DNA from: an uncultured Chloroflexia bacterium
Lineage (GTDB): Bacteria > Chloroflexota > Limnocylindria > Limnocylindrales > CSP1-4
Assembly: GCA_963842755.1 (NCBI GenBank)
Contig: CAWJIC010000084.1
Coordinates: 27,931-91,930 of the forward strand
Direction: 5' to 3'
DNA length: 64,000 nt
The notes under the pieces were generated by a model. It saw only the letters and a program-made list of their open reading frames with translations, was not told the origin of the DNA and made no database searches. The position numbers were made by a program, and so were the translations under genes. Below are positions 27,793 through 37,256 of this stretch, piece after piece. Each line of letters begins with the position of its first letter. The stretch's first letter is position 1.

Positions 27793-28316
27793 GCGCGGGC
27801 ATCCACCTGCGCCGCCCGGTCGAGGCGGACCACGGGCCGGTGGCGGCTGTGGTCGACGACTGGTGGGGCGGCCGCCGCCTCCACGACCTCCTCCCCCGGC
27901 TCTGGTTCCAGCACTTCGCCGGGACCTCGTGGATCGCCGAGACGGGCGACGGGCGGCTGGCCGGGTTCCTGGTGGGGTTCATCAGCCCGGACCACCCGGA
28001 CGAGGCGTACATCCACATGGTCGGGACGAACCCGAACCTCCGCAAGGGTGGCGTCGGGCGGGCGCTCTACGAGGCGTTCTTCGCGGACGTCGCCGCCCGC
28101 GGCGTTCGCCGGGTGAAGGCGATCACCTGGCCGGGCAACCGGGTCTCGGTCGAGTTCCACCGGGCGATCGGGTTCCGGGTCGACGACGGTCCGGGGAGCG
28201 CGCCGATCTACGGCACCCCGGCGTTCGCCGACTACGACTACAGCGGCGAGGACCGGGTCGTGCTCGTGCGCGAGCTGGATGCGCATCCGGGAGGTACCGA
28301 GGGATCGGCCCGCTGA
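27789..28316 (+). CDS. GNAT family N-acetyltransferase
   Basis: The acetyl-CoA motif RKGGVGRALY and the beta-strand pattern WIAETGDGRLAGFLVGF are present. GTGA start/stop overlap. Confidence 0.85.
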   Translation: MSAGIHLRRPVEADHGPVAAVVDDWWGGRRLHDLLPRLWFQHFAGTSWIAETGDGRLAGFLVGFISPDHPDEAYIHMVGTNPNLRKGGVGRALYEAFFADVAARGVRRVKAITWPGNRVSVEFHRAIGFRVDDGPGSAPIYGTPAFADYDYSGEDRVVLVRELDAHPGGTEGSAR

Positions 28317-28373
28317 TAGGCTGCGCGGAGACCCGGGACGCCGATCCCGGACCAGAGGGGAGCTGCCGAGGCG

Positions 28374-29057
28374 ATGGACGACGATCCGGTTCCCGGCGGA
28401 GCCCCCGACCCCAACGCTGACCCCATCGAGCCACCTCGGGCGGCGGAACCGGCGACCCAGGGCGAGGTGGCAGCCTCGCCGGCGAGCCCGACCACGGCCG
28501 GCCCGACCGGCTGGGTCGCCCCGTCCGAGACGCGGAGCGGCAGGCGATCGCCCGTGCTCGTCCTCATCCTCGGCTGCGCCGGGATCCTCGTCCTGCTGTC
28601 CGCCAGCGCGATCGTCGGCCTCATCTACCTCGGCTCCCAGGGGAGCACGATCCTGGACGCCGCGGAGAGGCAGCCCCAGGCACGGACCGTCAACGTCTTC
28701 GACCTGCGGGTCGGCGACTGCTTCGACGAACCGGCCGCGAGCGCGGACGGGACGGTCGTCGACCTCATCAAGCGTGACTGCGGGGAGGCGCATGCCCTCG
28801 AGGTGATCGCGATCGCGCAGCTCCCCGACGGACCGGCGTATCCGGGAGCCGACGCCATCTCGGCATCGGCCGAGGCCCAGTGCGGACCTGCCTTCACGTC
28901 GTACGTTGGCACCGGCCCGGCGACGTCGATCTACGACGTGGCCTGGTACTCGGTGACCGAGGAAGGCTGGAAGGGCGGTGATCGCGCGATCGATTGCCTG
29001 GCGTTCGCGGACGACGAGTCGCCGACGACCGGTTCGGTCAAGGGAGCGAACCGCTAG
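28374..29057 (+). CDS. Septum-formation-family membrane protein (DUF4190-like N-terminus)
   Basis: Single TM. Paired Cys pattern VGDCF, DCGEAHALEV, AQCGPAF and IDCLAF. Confidence 0.7.
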   Translation: MDDDPVPGGAPDPNADPIEPPRAAEPATQGEVAASPASPTTAGPTGWVAPSETRSGRRSPVLVLILGCAGILVLLSASAIVGLIYLGSQGSTILDAAERQPQARTVNVFDLRVGDCFDEPAASADGTVVDLIKRDCGEAHALEVIAIAQLPDGPAYPGADAISASAEAQCGPAFTSYVGTGPATSIYDVAWYSVTEEGWKGGDRAIDCLAFADDESPTTGSVKGANR

Positions 29058-30373
29058 CCGCGCACCCGGTCCCGGGCGTCGACCTCGGCGGCGATCGCGG
29101 ACGGGGTGAGGGGCTCGAGGAGGAGGCGCCCGAAGCGGGCCGCCTGGTCGGCCGGCGGGACGGCGGCCAGCCAGCGCTCGAGGAGCGCGGCCCCCTCCGT
29201 GTAGACGAACACGTACGTCCGCCACAGCGGGTGCTCGATGAACTCGAGCATCTTCTCGGCCCGCTCGGGGGTCGTCAGGGCGGTCCGCTCCAGGTAGGCG
29301 CGCACGGTCTCGTGGTCGACGCCCCCGGCGTGGCGCATGAGCGCGGCGTGCACGTCCACCGCCCGCAGGCTCGCCCGCGGGGCGCGGATGGCGGCCGCGA
29401 GCTCCGCGGCATCCCGCGCCGCGGGCGGGTCGCCGGCCAGCCGGAGGCCGGCCCGGGCGAACAGCTCGACGAGGAGGTCGACCTCGGTCTCCGGCGGCAC
29501 GACGAAGCGCCGCCCGACGTCGGCCAGGCCCTCGCTCACGAGGCACTCAGGCGCGTTGATGAGGAGCGCGCTCGCTTCGAGGTGGCCACGGGCGACGACG
29601 AGCTCCGCCTCCTTCCAGGCGTGCTCGAGGTGGTGGCCGGGGTACGTCTCGTGGGCGATCACCCCGACGAGGTCCGGCGCCCGGATCGGGAGGTCCGTGT
29701 TGAGGTCCACCCGCGAGCGGAGGCCGCCGTCGTACCAGTTGTAGCCGGACCACGGCTGGCCGGTCACGAGCGACACGCGGAGGTCCTCGCCGGCGGGCAG
29801 GCCGAAGAGCGGCGCGGCGCGCTCGCGGAAGAGCCCGACCAGCCAGTCGACGACCGCGGGGAGCCGGTCCGGGGCGATGACGAGGCGCTCATCCCAGGCG
29901 GCCAGCCGATCGCGCAGGTCACCGGAGCCCGGGACCAGCCGATCGAGATCGGCGGCAGCCGCGACGAAGACCGCCTCGTCGCGCGGGTCGGGCGCCGCGT
30001 CGAAGCAGCGGGTGACGTGCTCGACGTACGGCAGCGCCTCGCCGGCCAGCGCCCGGGCGTGCGTCTCGAGCGCGACGAGCTGAACGCGCAACCAGGCGCG
30101 ACGGGCGTCGTCCCCCACCTCCGCCTCGAGGCGGCCGAGCAGTGCGGCCGCGTTCTCGGAGAGGCGGGCCGGCGGGCGGAGCTGCTCCATGTCCACCTGG
30201 GCCTTGAGGTCTGCCGGCCCGAAGTAGCCGTCGACGAGGCCGGGGATCCGCTGGTCGAGCCGGAGCGCGAGAAGGAGGTAGTCGCGAGCGACCGGATCGG
30301 GGGCGGGGATCGTCCGCTCGCCGCCCACGGCGAGCGCGGTGGCCCGCCCGGCCGGGGCCGCTCCCTCGGTCAT
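29054..30373 (-). CDS. DUF885 family protein
   Basis: AHETYPGHHLEH motif. 439 aa, intact. Confidence 0.7.
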   Translation of the reverse strand: MTEGAAPAGRATALAVGGERTIPAPDPVARDYLLLALRLDQRIPGLVDGYFGPADLKAQVDMEQLRPPARLSENAAALLGRLEAEVGDDARRAWLRVQLVALETHARALAGEALPYVEHVTRCFDAAPDPRDEAVFVAAAADLDRLVPGSGDLRDRLAAWDERLVIAPDRLPAVVDWLVGLFRERAAPLFGLPAGEDLRVSLVTGQPWSGYNWYDGGLRSRVDLNTDLPIRAPDLVGVIAHETYPGHHLEHAWKEAELVVARGHLEASALLINAPECLVSEGLADVGRRFVVPPETEVDLLVELFARAGLRLAGDPPAARDAAELAAAIRAPRASLRAVDVHAALMRHAGGVDHETVRAYLERTALTTPERAEKMLEFIEHPLWRTYVFVYTEGAALLERWLAAVPPADQAARFGRLLLEPLTPSAIAAEVDARDRVRG

Positions 30374-30735
30374 CGGGGCGTCGTCCCGGTCCCCTGGCCC
30401 GGGGCGATCCCGCCGTCCTCGCCGGCGAACGGCATCCCCTGCCGCTCCGCCGCGTCGAGGCTCATCCGGAGCGCCGCCGTCTTCTGCTCGGCGACCTCGC
30501 GAACGTAGGCCGCCTCCTCGTCGGCGGTCATCGGCCGGCCCCGGACGATCTGCTTCGGCTTGCCGACCATCAGCCAGGACAGGTGGTAGCGGTCCATCGT
30601 GCCCCAGGCCGCGGACAGCAGGTCGTCCGACAGCTGGAGCCAGAGCTGGAGCGCCCGGAGGGACGGGTTCGCCCGGAGCCGGTCGCCCTCGTCGACGAGC
30701 TGGCGGGTCCTGAGGACGAGCTCGTCGCGGGTCAC
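30370..30735 (-). CDS. Hypothetical protein
   Basis: 121 aa. GTG at 30735 overlaps the pabC stop, and its own stop overlaps the DUF885 ATG, suggesting translational coupling. Confidence 0.55.
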   Translation of the reverse strand: MTRDELVLRTRQLVDEGDRLRANPSLRALQLWLQLSDDLLSAAWGTMDRYHLSWLMVGKPKQIVRGRPMTADEEAAYVREVAEQKTAALRMSLDAAERQGMPFAGEDGGIAPGQGTGTTPR

Positions 30736-31670
30736 GGGGCTGGCTCCTCCACGAGCGCGGCGCGGCTCATCGCGTCGATCCAGTCCTCGCGGGCCTGCCG
30801 GATCGCGAGCGTCCGGGGTCCGGGGCGGCCGGTCCCGATCGGTCGGCCGTCGTACCGGGTGAGCGGGACGATCCCGGCCACGCTCGAGGAGAGGAACGCC
30901 TCGTCCGCGGCGAGGAGGTGGTCCGGCCGGATCTCCACCTCGGCCAGCTCGATGCCGAGCGCCTCGGCGTGGACGAACAGCCAAGTCCGGGTCGTGCCGG
31001 CCAGGATCGCCGCACTGCGCGGCGGCGTCCCGAGCCTGCGGCCGGCGACGACGAAGACATTCGCGCTGGTGCTCTCGCTGATCGCGCCGTCGGTCGTGAG
31101 GAAGAGCGCGTCGTCGGCACCGGCCCGGGCGGCCTCGAGCTTGGCGTAGACGTGGTCCGCCCGGGAGGTCGACTTGATCCCCGCCAGCGGGGAGCTCGGG
31201 TCGCGCCGGACCGCGCTCGGGATCGCCTGGATGCCGCGCGCGAGGAGCTCGGCCGGCGGCCGGGAATACGGCCAGGCCTGGATCGCGATCGTCGCTTCGA
31301 CCGACTCGAAACCCGGGGGGAGGAGGCCGCGCTTCTCGAGCGGGCCGCGGCTGACCGTGATCCGCAGCGCCGCGTCGCCGGGTTCGAGGCCGTCGGCGCC
31401 GGTGCCGTCCAGGCCCTCGGCCGCGAGGAGCTGCGCGATCCCCTCGATGAGCGCGTCGTCCCCGACCGGGAGGTGGATGGCCAGTGCCGCGGCGCTCTCG
31501 CGCAGGCGCTCCAGGTGCTCGTCGAGCTCGATCACGACGCCCCGCCGGGCGCGCGCCGTCTCGAAGATCCCGTCGCCGAGCTGGAACCCGCGATCGGACA
31601 CGCTCAGGTGCGGCGCACGGGCGTCGACGAGCCGGCCGTCGAGCCAGACGAAGCGCGGGATCGCATTCAC
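30732..31670 (-). CDS. pabC: Class IV aminotransferase, aminodeoxychorismate lyase (PabC) by context
   Basis: DRGFQLGDGIFET, GIKSTS, ESTSANVF and GTTR are present. It is next to pabB. Confidence 0.82.
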   Translation of the reverse strand: MNAIPRFVWLDGRLVDARAPHLSVSDRGFQLGDGIFETARARRGVVIELDEHLERLRESAAALAIHLPVGDDALIEGIAQLLAAEGLDGTGADGLEPGDAALRITVSRGPLEKRGLLPPGFESVEATIAIQAWPYSRPPAELLARGIQAIPSAVRRDPSSPLAGIKSTSRADHVYAKLEAARAGADDALFLTTDGAISESTSANVFVVAGRRLGTPPRSAAILAGTTRTWLFVHAEALGIELAEVEIRPDHLLAADEAFLSSSVAGIVPLTRYDGRPIGTGRPGPRTLAIRQAREDWIDAMSRAALVEEPAP

Positions 31671-31765
31671 CGCGCGATTATCCGCGCCATCACCGTTCGC
31701 CGCCGTTCGCCGCGGCGCGGCGCTGATGTGAGGTCTCGCGTTCGGTGGGATCGCCCGTCGCCGCG

Positions 31766-31880
31766 CCATGCGGCCGGAGCATCGAATCAGCTGCCAGCGA
31801 GCGTGGACGAAGTGCCGTTCCGGCAGAATCGGCCCCTGACCACGCTCACTCGAGACCGGATCCATGCACCGGCCGAATGG
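31766..31880 (+). repeat. B-type hairpin element, copy B1 (inside the pabB-pabC spacer)
   Basis: The order of parts is CCGGAGCATCGAATC, GAGCGTGG..CCACGCTCACTCG stem, GATCCATGCACCGG. Confidence 0.75.
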
Positions 31881-31927
31881 GTCACTGCCGTTCGAGCCAG
31901 CCGGGGCAGCAGTCGACGCCCCGCCGC

Positions 31928-33424
31928 TCAGGGCTCCGAGCCGACTTCCCGGCCGCCGATCGCGCGGAGGGGGCCGCGGGCCTTGGCGACGGTCTCGTCC
32001 CATTCGGCGGCGGGGTCGCTCTGCCAGGTGATGCCGCCGCCGACGTGGATCGACAGGCGGCGACCGTCGGCGACGAGGGTCCGGATGAGGATCGACGAGC
32101 CCATCGCGCCGTCTGGCCCGACCCACAGCGCCGCTCCCGTGTACGGGCCGCGGCGGACGGGCTCGAGCTCCTCGAGGATCTCCATCGCCCGGATCTTCGG
32201 GGCACCGGTGATCGATCCGCCGGGGAAGCTGGCGGCGAGGAGATCGAACGCGTCGCGGCCGGGGGCGAGCCGGCCGGTCACCGTGGACACGAGGTGCTGG
32301 ACGGCCGCCGTCCGCTCGAGGCGGCACAGCCTGGGGACCCGGACGGACCCGGGGCGGCAGACCCGGCCGAGGTCGTTGCGCAGGACGTCGACGATCATCA
32401 CGTTCTCGGCACGGTCCTTGCCGCTCGCCAGCAGCTCGGCGGCCAGGGCGCGGTCTTCCTCCGGGGTCCCGCCGCGGGGGCGGGTGCCCTTGATCGGGTC
32501 GGTCTGGACGCGACCGCCGCGGTCGACGGACAGGAACGGCTCGGGGGAGGCCGAGGCGATCGCGCGGGGGGCGCCATCGGCGGCCGGGCCCACGTCCAGG
32601 TAGGCGGCGAAGAGCGCGGGATCGCCGGTCCGGAGGGCGCGGTAGAGGGGCCACGGGTCGCCCCCGAACGGCGTCGCGAGCCGGCGGGTGAGGTTGGCCT
32701 GGTAAATGTCGCCGCGGGCGATCGCTGCCCGGACCTGCTCAACGCCGGCTTCGTAGGCCGCCCGGTCCAGGCTCGAGGTGAAGCTGAAGCCATCGGCCGG
32801 CAGGGACTCGGCCTCGAGCCGCCTCGTCGTTGGCGTCGGGCCGGTCGCCAGGCGGTCCCGGACGGCCCGCAGTCGATCGTCGAGGGTCCTCGCGTCTTCG
32901 TCGAGCGCCCGGCCGGCGAGCCACGCCCGGCCCGTCCGGCGGTCCCACGCGATGACCCAGTCGTGGAGGGCCAGCCGGAGGATGGGCAGGCCCTGGTCGT
33001 CCGCGGCGATCGTCGGGAGCCGCTCCAAGGCGTGGCCCAGGTCGTACCCCAGGAACCCGACGAGCCCGCCGAGGAATGGCGGGGAGTCGGAGCCCCCGGT
33101 CGTGGGCGTGGGCGCGTCCTCGGTCGGGTCCTCGGTCGTGGGCGCGCCGAGGTCGAGCCGCGCGACCAGCCGGCGAGCGTCGGCGAACGGGTCGGCCCCG
33201 GACGCCGGCCCGTCGAGCAGCGCCACGGGGTCCGCGGTCAAGAAGGACCAGCGCGACTTCCTGCCTGGCCGGGCGCTCTCGAGGAGAGCCAGTCCGGACA
33301 GATCCCGGAACGCCTCCGCCGCGTCCATCGGCGCCGTCGCGTCGAGCTCAGGCAGGCGGTCCAACCGAACGGGCGAGACGGCGGCGGGCAGGCGGGCGGG
33401 GGCGGGGCGGAGCGTCGCGGTCAC
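31928..33424 (-). CDS. pabB: Aminodeoxychorismate synthase component I (PabB; TrpE/PabB family)
   Basis: GDIYQANL, SPEPFL, IKGTRPRG, DRAENVMIVDVLRNDL, FPGGSITGAPK and RGPYTGA are present. GTG start at 33424 is tentative. Confidence 0.88.
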   Translation of the reverse strand: MTATLRPAPARLPAAVSPVRLDRLPELDATAPMDAAEAFRDLSGLALLESARPGRKSRWSFLTADPVALLDGPASGADPFADARRLVARLDLGAPTTEDPTEDAPTPTTGGSDSPPFLGGLVGFLGYDLGHALERLPTIAADDQGLPILRLALHDWVIAWDRRTGRAWLAGRALDEDARTLDDRLRAVRDRLATGPTPTTRRLEAESLPADGFSFTSSLDRAAYEAGVEQVRAAIARGDIYQANLTRRLATPFGGDPWPLYRALRTGDPALFAAYLDVGPAADGAPRAIASASPEPFLSVDRGGRVQTDPIKGTRPRGGTPEEDRALAAELLASGKDRAENVMIVDVLRNDLGRVCRPGSVRVPRLCRLERTAAVQHLVSTVTGRLAPGRDAFDLLAASFPGGSITGAPKIRAMEILEELEPVRRGPYTGAALWVGPDGAMGSSILIRTLVADGRRLSIHVGGGITWQSDPAAEWDETVAKARGPLRAIGGREVGSEP

Positions 33425-33658
33425 CCGCCGATGATAGGCGAGGAGCCGCCGGCTGCCAGCGCCTCGCCCGGACGTCGGCTCGGGCGAGGAACGGACGCGT
33501 CCGAGCCAAGGGACTCGTCTCAGCGAGGAGGTTCGCCTGAGCGAGCGATGAACCTCCCGAGTTCCAACGGATGGCTGGCACTCCCAAACGAACGCATCGG
33601 TGCGGTCCGGGGCGCCATTCGGAGCCCGGAACCGGCCGCCTGACGGGGCCCGGCCGCC

Positions 33659-33755
33659 GGTCTGAACACCGGGCGTGCGGCCTGACGCCGACAGCGCGGT
33701 CCGGCCGACGGTTTGAACGCCGGGCGTGCGGCCTGACGCCCGGAGCGCGAACACC
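33659..33755. repeat. ~50-bp tandem duplication in the pabB/dmpA divergent spacer
   Basis: GAACACCGGGCGTGCGGCCTGACGCC and GAACGCCGGGCGTGCGGCCTGACGCC lie 50 bp apart. Confidence 0.7.
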
Positions 33756-33782
33756 GTCCCGCGGAGCCGCTACGCTCCGGTC

Positions 33783-34910
33783 ATGCGCGCTCGGGACCTC
33801 GGCATCGTCATCGGCTTCGGAACGCCGGGGCCGTACAACGCCATCACGGACGTGGCGGGCGTCCGGGTCGGCCACAGGACGCTGATTCGCGGCGACGGGC
33901 CGCTCGTCCGCGGGGTGGGGCCCATCCGGACCGGCGTGACCGTCGTCTTCCCCCACGACGGGGACGTCTGGACCGAGCCGGTCTTCGCCGGTTGCCACCG
34001 CCTGAACGGCAACGGCGAGCTGACCGGGCTCGAGTGGATCCGCGAGGCGGGCCTGCTCGGCGGCGCGATCGGCCTGACCAACACCCACAGCGTCGGCGTC
34101 GTGCGGGACGCGCTCATCCGGCGCGCCGTCGAGTCCCACGCCCCCGGATCGACGTTCTGGGCACTGCCGGTCGTGGGCGAGACCTGGGACGGCCGGCTCA
34201 ACGACATCGACGGCTTCCACGTCACCACGGCGGACGCCCTCGCGGCGCTCGAGGCCGCCGCACCCGGGCCGGTCGCGGAGGGCGGGGTCGGGGGCGGGAC
34301 CGGGATGGTCTGCCACGAGTTCAAGGGCGGGATCGGGACGGCGTCGCGGGTCGTGGCTGCCGAGGTCGGCGGCTGGACCCTTGGCGTGCTCGTCCAGGCG
34401 AACTACGGCCGGCGCGAGTGGCTCCGCGTGGACGGCGTGGCCGTCGGCGAGTCGATCCCGATCACGGAGGTCCCGAGTCCTACCCGTCCCGCGTCCACCG
34501 CCGGATCCGGTTCGATCATCGTCATCATCGCGACCGACGCGCCACTCCTCCCCCACCAGTGCGAGCGGGTCGCCCAGCGGGCCGCGCTCGGGATCGGGCG
34601 GACCGGCGGGACCGGAGCCAACTCGAGCGGCGACATCATCCTGGCCTTCGCCACCGGCAACCGCGGCCTGGGCGATCCTGCCCCCGGCGCCGACCTGCGC
34701 CCGACGATCGACGGCCTCCGGATGGCCGGGGACGCCGCGATCGACGCGCTGTTCGACGCCACGATCGAGGCAACCGAGGAGGCGATCGTCAACGCCCTGG
34801 TGGCCGCCGAGACGATGGTCGGGCGGGACGGGATCACTGCCCACGCGCTTCCCCACGACCGCCTCGTCGCGGCGATGGCCGCCGCCGGCCGGCTGCGCGG
34901 GCACGGCTGA
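33783..34910 (+). CDS. DmpA/P1 (S58) family aminopeptidase
   Basis: NAITDVAGVRVGH, NGNGELTG, VGETWDG, GGGTGMVCHEFKGGIGTAS and IVIIATDAPL are present. Confidence 0.87.
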   Translation: MRARDLGIVIGFGTPGPYNAITDVAGVRVGHRTLIRGDGPLVRGVGPIRTGVTVVFPHDGDVWTEPVFAGCHRLNGNGELTGLEWIREAGLLGGAIGLTNTHSVGVVRDALIRRAVESHAPGSTFWALPVVGETWDGRLNDIDGFHVTTADALAALEAAAPGPVAEGGVGGGTGMVCHEFKGGIGTASRVVAAEVGGWTLGVLVQANYGRREWLRVDGVAVGESIPITEVPSPTRPASTAGSGSIIVIIATDAPLLPHQCERVAQRAALGIGRTGGTGANSSGDIILAFATGNRGLGDPAPGADLRPTIDGLRMAGDAAIDALFDATIEATEEAIVNALVAAETMVGRDGITAHALPHDRLVAAMAAAGRLRGHG

Positions 34911-34991
34911 GCGGGCCCGTCCGAGCCGCTAGCCTGCCGGCGCCGCGATCCTCAGCCCCCGGCCGTGGGCCTCCACAGGGCAGTCCTGCGG

Positions 34992-35100
34992 CCCATGCAT
35001 GGATCGGCGACCGGCCGAGCGTGGCCACCGTGTCGTTTCGTCGAATTCTGGAAGGTGGCCGAGCGTGCCGGACGGCGATCTCATGCAGTAGGTGCATATC
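34992..35100 (-). repeat. B-like hairpin element, copy B3 (opposite orientation)
   Basis: The order of parts is CCATGCATGGATCGG, CCGAGCGTGGCCACC..GGTGGCCGAGCGTGCC, GATCTCATGCAG, with a central TCGAATTC. Confidence 0.6.
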
Positions 35101-35151
35101 CCCGGCTCGCCGGCGGCGGGCACCCTGCCAGCAGCAAGCCGACCTGCCCGC

Positions 35152-35613
35152 CTAGTCCTCGAACCCGCTCCCGTCGCGACGGCTGAACGCGGCCAGCGCC
35201 TCGCGGCAGGCCGCAGCCGCGCGCTCGGCCTGGCGGACGATCCAGGGATCAACCCGGCTGGAGTCCTCGATCGTGACGGTCGCCCCGTAGACGCCCTCGC
35301 CGACGACGATGCCGGAGCTGTTCCGGTAGTCGGCCATCCAGTTCGCCTGCAGCTGCAGGACGGCGTCGGCGACCACTGCCGCGGCGAAGGTCCAGTCGAG
35401 ATACTCCGCGTTGAGCGCCGCGACCAGGTCGTCGATCCGGATCGGCCGGCCACGCTCGACGCGGGCGAGGAGGTGCAGGATCCGGACGGTCGCAAACGGG
35501 TCACCGGACTCGGCCACGGTCGGCGGCCGGAGATTGGGATCGGGCAGGCCGGCCGGCGCGGCGCGCAGGGTGATCGTCCCGGGAGCAGCGGACGCCAAGT
35601 CGGTCATCGGCAA
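35152..35613 (-). CDS. Hypothetical protein
   Basis: 153 aa with normal amino-acid composition. No family recognised. Confidence 0.55.
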   Translation of the reverse strand: MPMTDLASAAPGTITLRAAPAGLPDPNLRPPTVAESGDPFATVRILHLLARVERGRPIRIDDLVAALNAEYLDWTFAAAVVADAVLQLQANWMADYRNSSGIVVGEGVYGATVTIEDSSRVDPWIVRQAERAAAACREALAAFSRRDGSGFED

Positions 35614-35686
35614 ATCCTACTCCGGCCCGGAGCTCCGCCAATTCGGGCACGGGCGACCCGCGCCGGAAGTCGCGTCCGCCCCGTGT

Positions 35687-35885
35687 CCACGTCTCATCGC
35701 CCACCGCGATGGTATCGGCCGGAGGCCGCCCTCCGTCCACGTCTCATCGCCCACCGCGATGGTATCGGCGCTGGCGGGCCCTCTGACCGGGACAGGCGCG
35801 CTCCGCTGAATGTGGAATCCCCGGCTGAGGAGCCGGAACCCGCGTGGGAGCGGCGTTGGCATCGCGGACCGCGATATCATGGGGG
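35687..35885. repeat. REP/BIME-like element (family C), two forward units plus inverted unit
   Basis: CCACGTCTCATCGCCCACCGCGATGGTATCGG occurs twice. Then come CCGCTGAATGTGGAATCCCCGG and GGCGTTGGCATCGCGGACCGCGATATC, followed by a G-run tail. Confidence 0.8.
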
Positions 35886-35924
35886 AGGCGGGGCTCGGGG
35901 CGGGATATGGGGCGGGACGCGCGG

Positions 35925-36092
35925 CGGTTATCGATGCAGTCGATTGGTTTCGAGGGTAGTGCCTGGTTGATGACGACCCGGAGCGCCGAACCCGCCGTCT
36001 CCATCGACCTGGCCGATGGTTGGAGCGCCTTCGACCGCCGGAAGCCCCTGGGCGAGCCTTGAACCCCTGGAACCTATCGACATGGTCGATGT
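35925..36092 (+). repeat. D-type element, copy D1, carrying a small acidic ORF (35934..) interrupted by a 1-nt indel
   Basis: It encodes MQSIGFEGSAWLMTTRSAEPAVSIDLADGWSAF.., then EPLEPIDMVDVVD in the next frame. The ends GTCGATTGGTTTCGAGGG / CCCCTGGAACCTATCGAC are inverted repeats. It is homologous to 54590-54760. Confidence 0.6.
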
Positions 36093-36357
36093 GGTGGACG
36101 GGCGCGATGGCGAGCGGGCACGATGGCGAGCGGGCACGCGGAGGGCGGGGGCGGAGGGGCGCACGACCACTCCCAGGAGTCGTCACTCGGATCAGCGAGC
36201 GTGGCGCGTTGCGGGATCGCCCGTTCCTGCGCCTCGTCGAGCGTGCCGGACGCCCGTTCGGCCCCTGGTAGTGGACGTGGCCGCAGCGGACCGAGGCGGC
36301 GGGGCGGGCGCGATGGCAAGCGGCCAGGCGGCGGCCATCCGCGCGTAGAATCCGCCG

Positions 36358-37191
36358 ATGAGCCCGAACGATGCGGCCCGCGCCGCGAACCGCGCCCGGT
36401 TCGCGCGGCTCGTCGCGCGGCCGGAGTCGGAGATCGAGCTCGCCCGCGGCGCCCTCCTCATCGCCGCAGACGGTCGGCCGGAGCTCGATCCGGAGCCGAC
36501 CCTGTCCGCCCTCGACGCCCTCGCCGAGCAGGCCAGGATCCGGCTGGACCGGGACGACCAGGCGACCGTCCTCGGCCGGCTCCACGACGTCCTCTACGCG
36601 GCGGCCGGGTTCCGCGGCCCGACCGCCGCCGAGTACCACGATGCGGACAACTCGCTCCTCGACCGGGTGATGGAGCGCCGGATCGGCCTGCCGATCGCCC
36701 TCGCGATCGTCGAGCTCGAGGTCGGCTGGCGGCTCGGGCTCGACCTCGTCGGGATCGGCCTGCCGGGCCACTTCATCGTGGGCGCGCCCGGCGGCGTCGT
36801 CGTCGACCCGGCCGGCGGTGGTCGGCGCCTCACCCCGGACGACTGCCAGGCGCTCATCCGTCGCGCCCTCGGCGAGCGCGTCCTGTTCCACTCGGGGATG
36901 CTCCGGCCGGTCGGACGGCGGGAGATCCTCGCCCGGGTCCTGCGCAACCTCCGGAGCGTCCGCCTCGCCGCGCGCGACTGGCCGGCCGCCCTGGGTACCG
37001 TCGAGCTCCTCTCGGTCGTCGAGCCGACCCAGCCCGACCACCGCCGGGACCGCGGCCTGCTGCTCGGCCGGATGGGTCGCTTCAGCGATGCCCTGACCCA
37101 CCTCCATGGCTATCTCGACGAGAGGCCGGACGGCCATGACGCGGGCGAGGTCCGCCAGGCCATCGGGATCTTCCGCGGCCGGCGGAACTGA
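36358..37191 (+). CDS. Transglutaminase-like plus TPR protein (SirB1/YchA-like family)
   Basis: LLDRVMERRIGLPIALAIVELEVGWRLGL...GLPGHFIV, plus a C-terminal TPR-like region. Confidence 0.7.
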   Translation: MSPNDAARAANRARFARLVARPESEIELARGALLIAADGRPELDPEPTLSALDALAEQARIRLDRDDQATVLGRLHDVLYAAAGFRGPTAAEYHDADNSLLDRVMERRIGLPIALAIVELEVGWRLGLDLVGIGLPGHFIVGAPGGVVVDPAGGGRRLTPDDCQALIRRALGERVLFHSGMLRPVGRREILARVLRNLRSVRLAARDWPAALGTVELLSVVEPTQPDHRRDRGLLLGRMGRFSDALTHLHGYLDERPDGHDAGEVRQAIGIFRGRRN

Positions 37192-37256
37192 CGGCAGCAG
37201 CACGGTCGCTTCTGCTCCACACTGAGCGGCAACGTCAACCTCAGACAGGCGACCCG

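Noticed and set aside
35934-37191. Small acidic peptide next to a transglutaminase-like protein as a lasso-peptide/RiPP locus
   Set aside because: The transglutaminase-like gene carries a TPR region typical of the SirB1/YchA housekeeping family. No lasso cyclase, RRE/PqqD, radical SAM or exporter gene is adjacent. The second peptide copy (54599-54757) has an unrelated neighbourhood.
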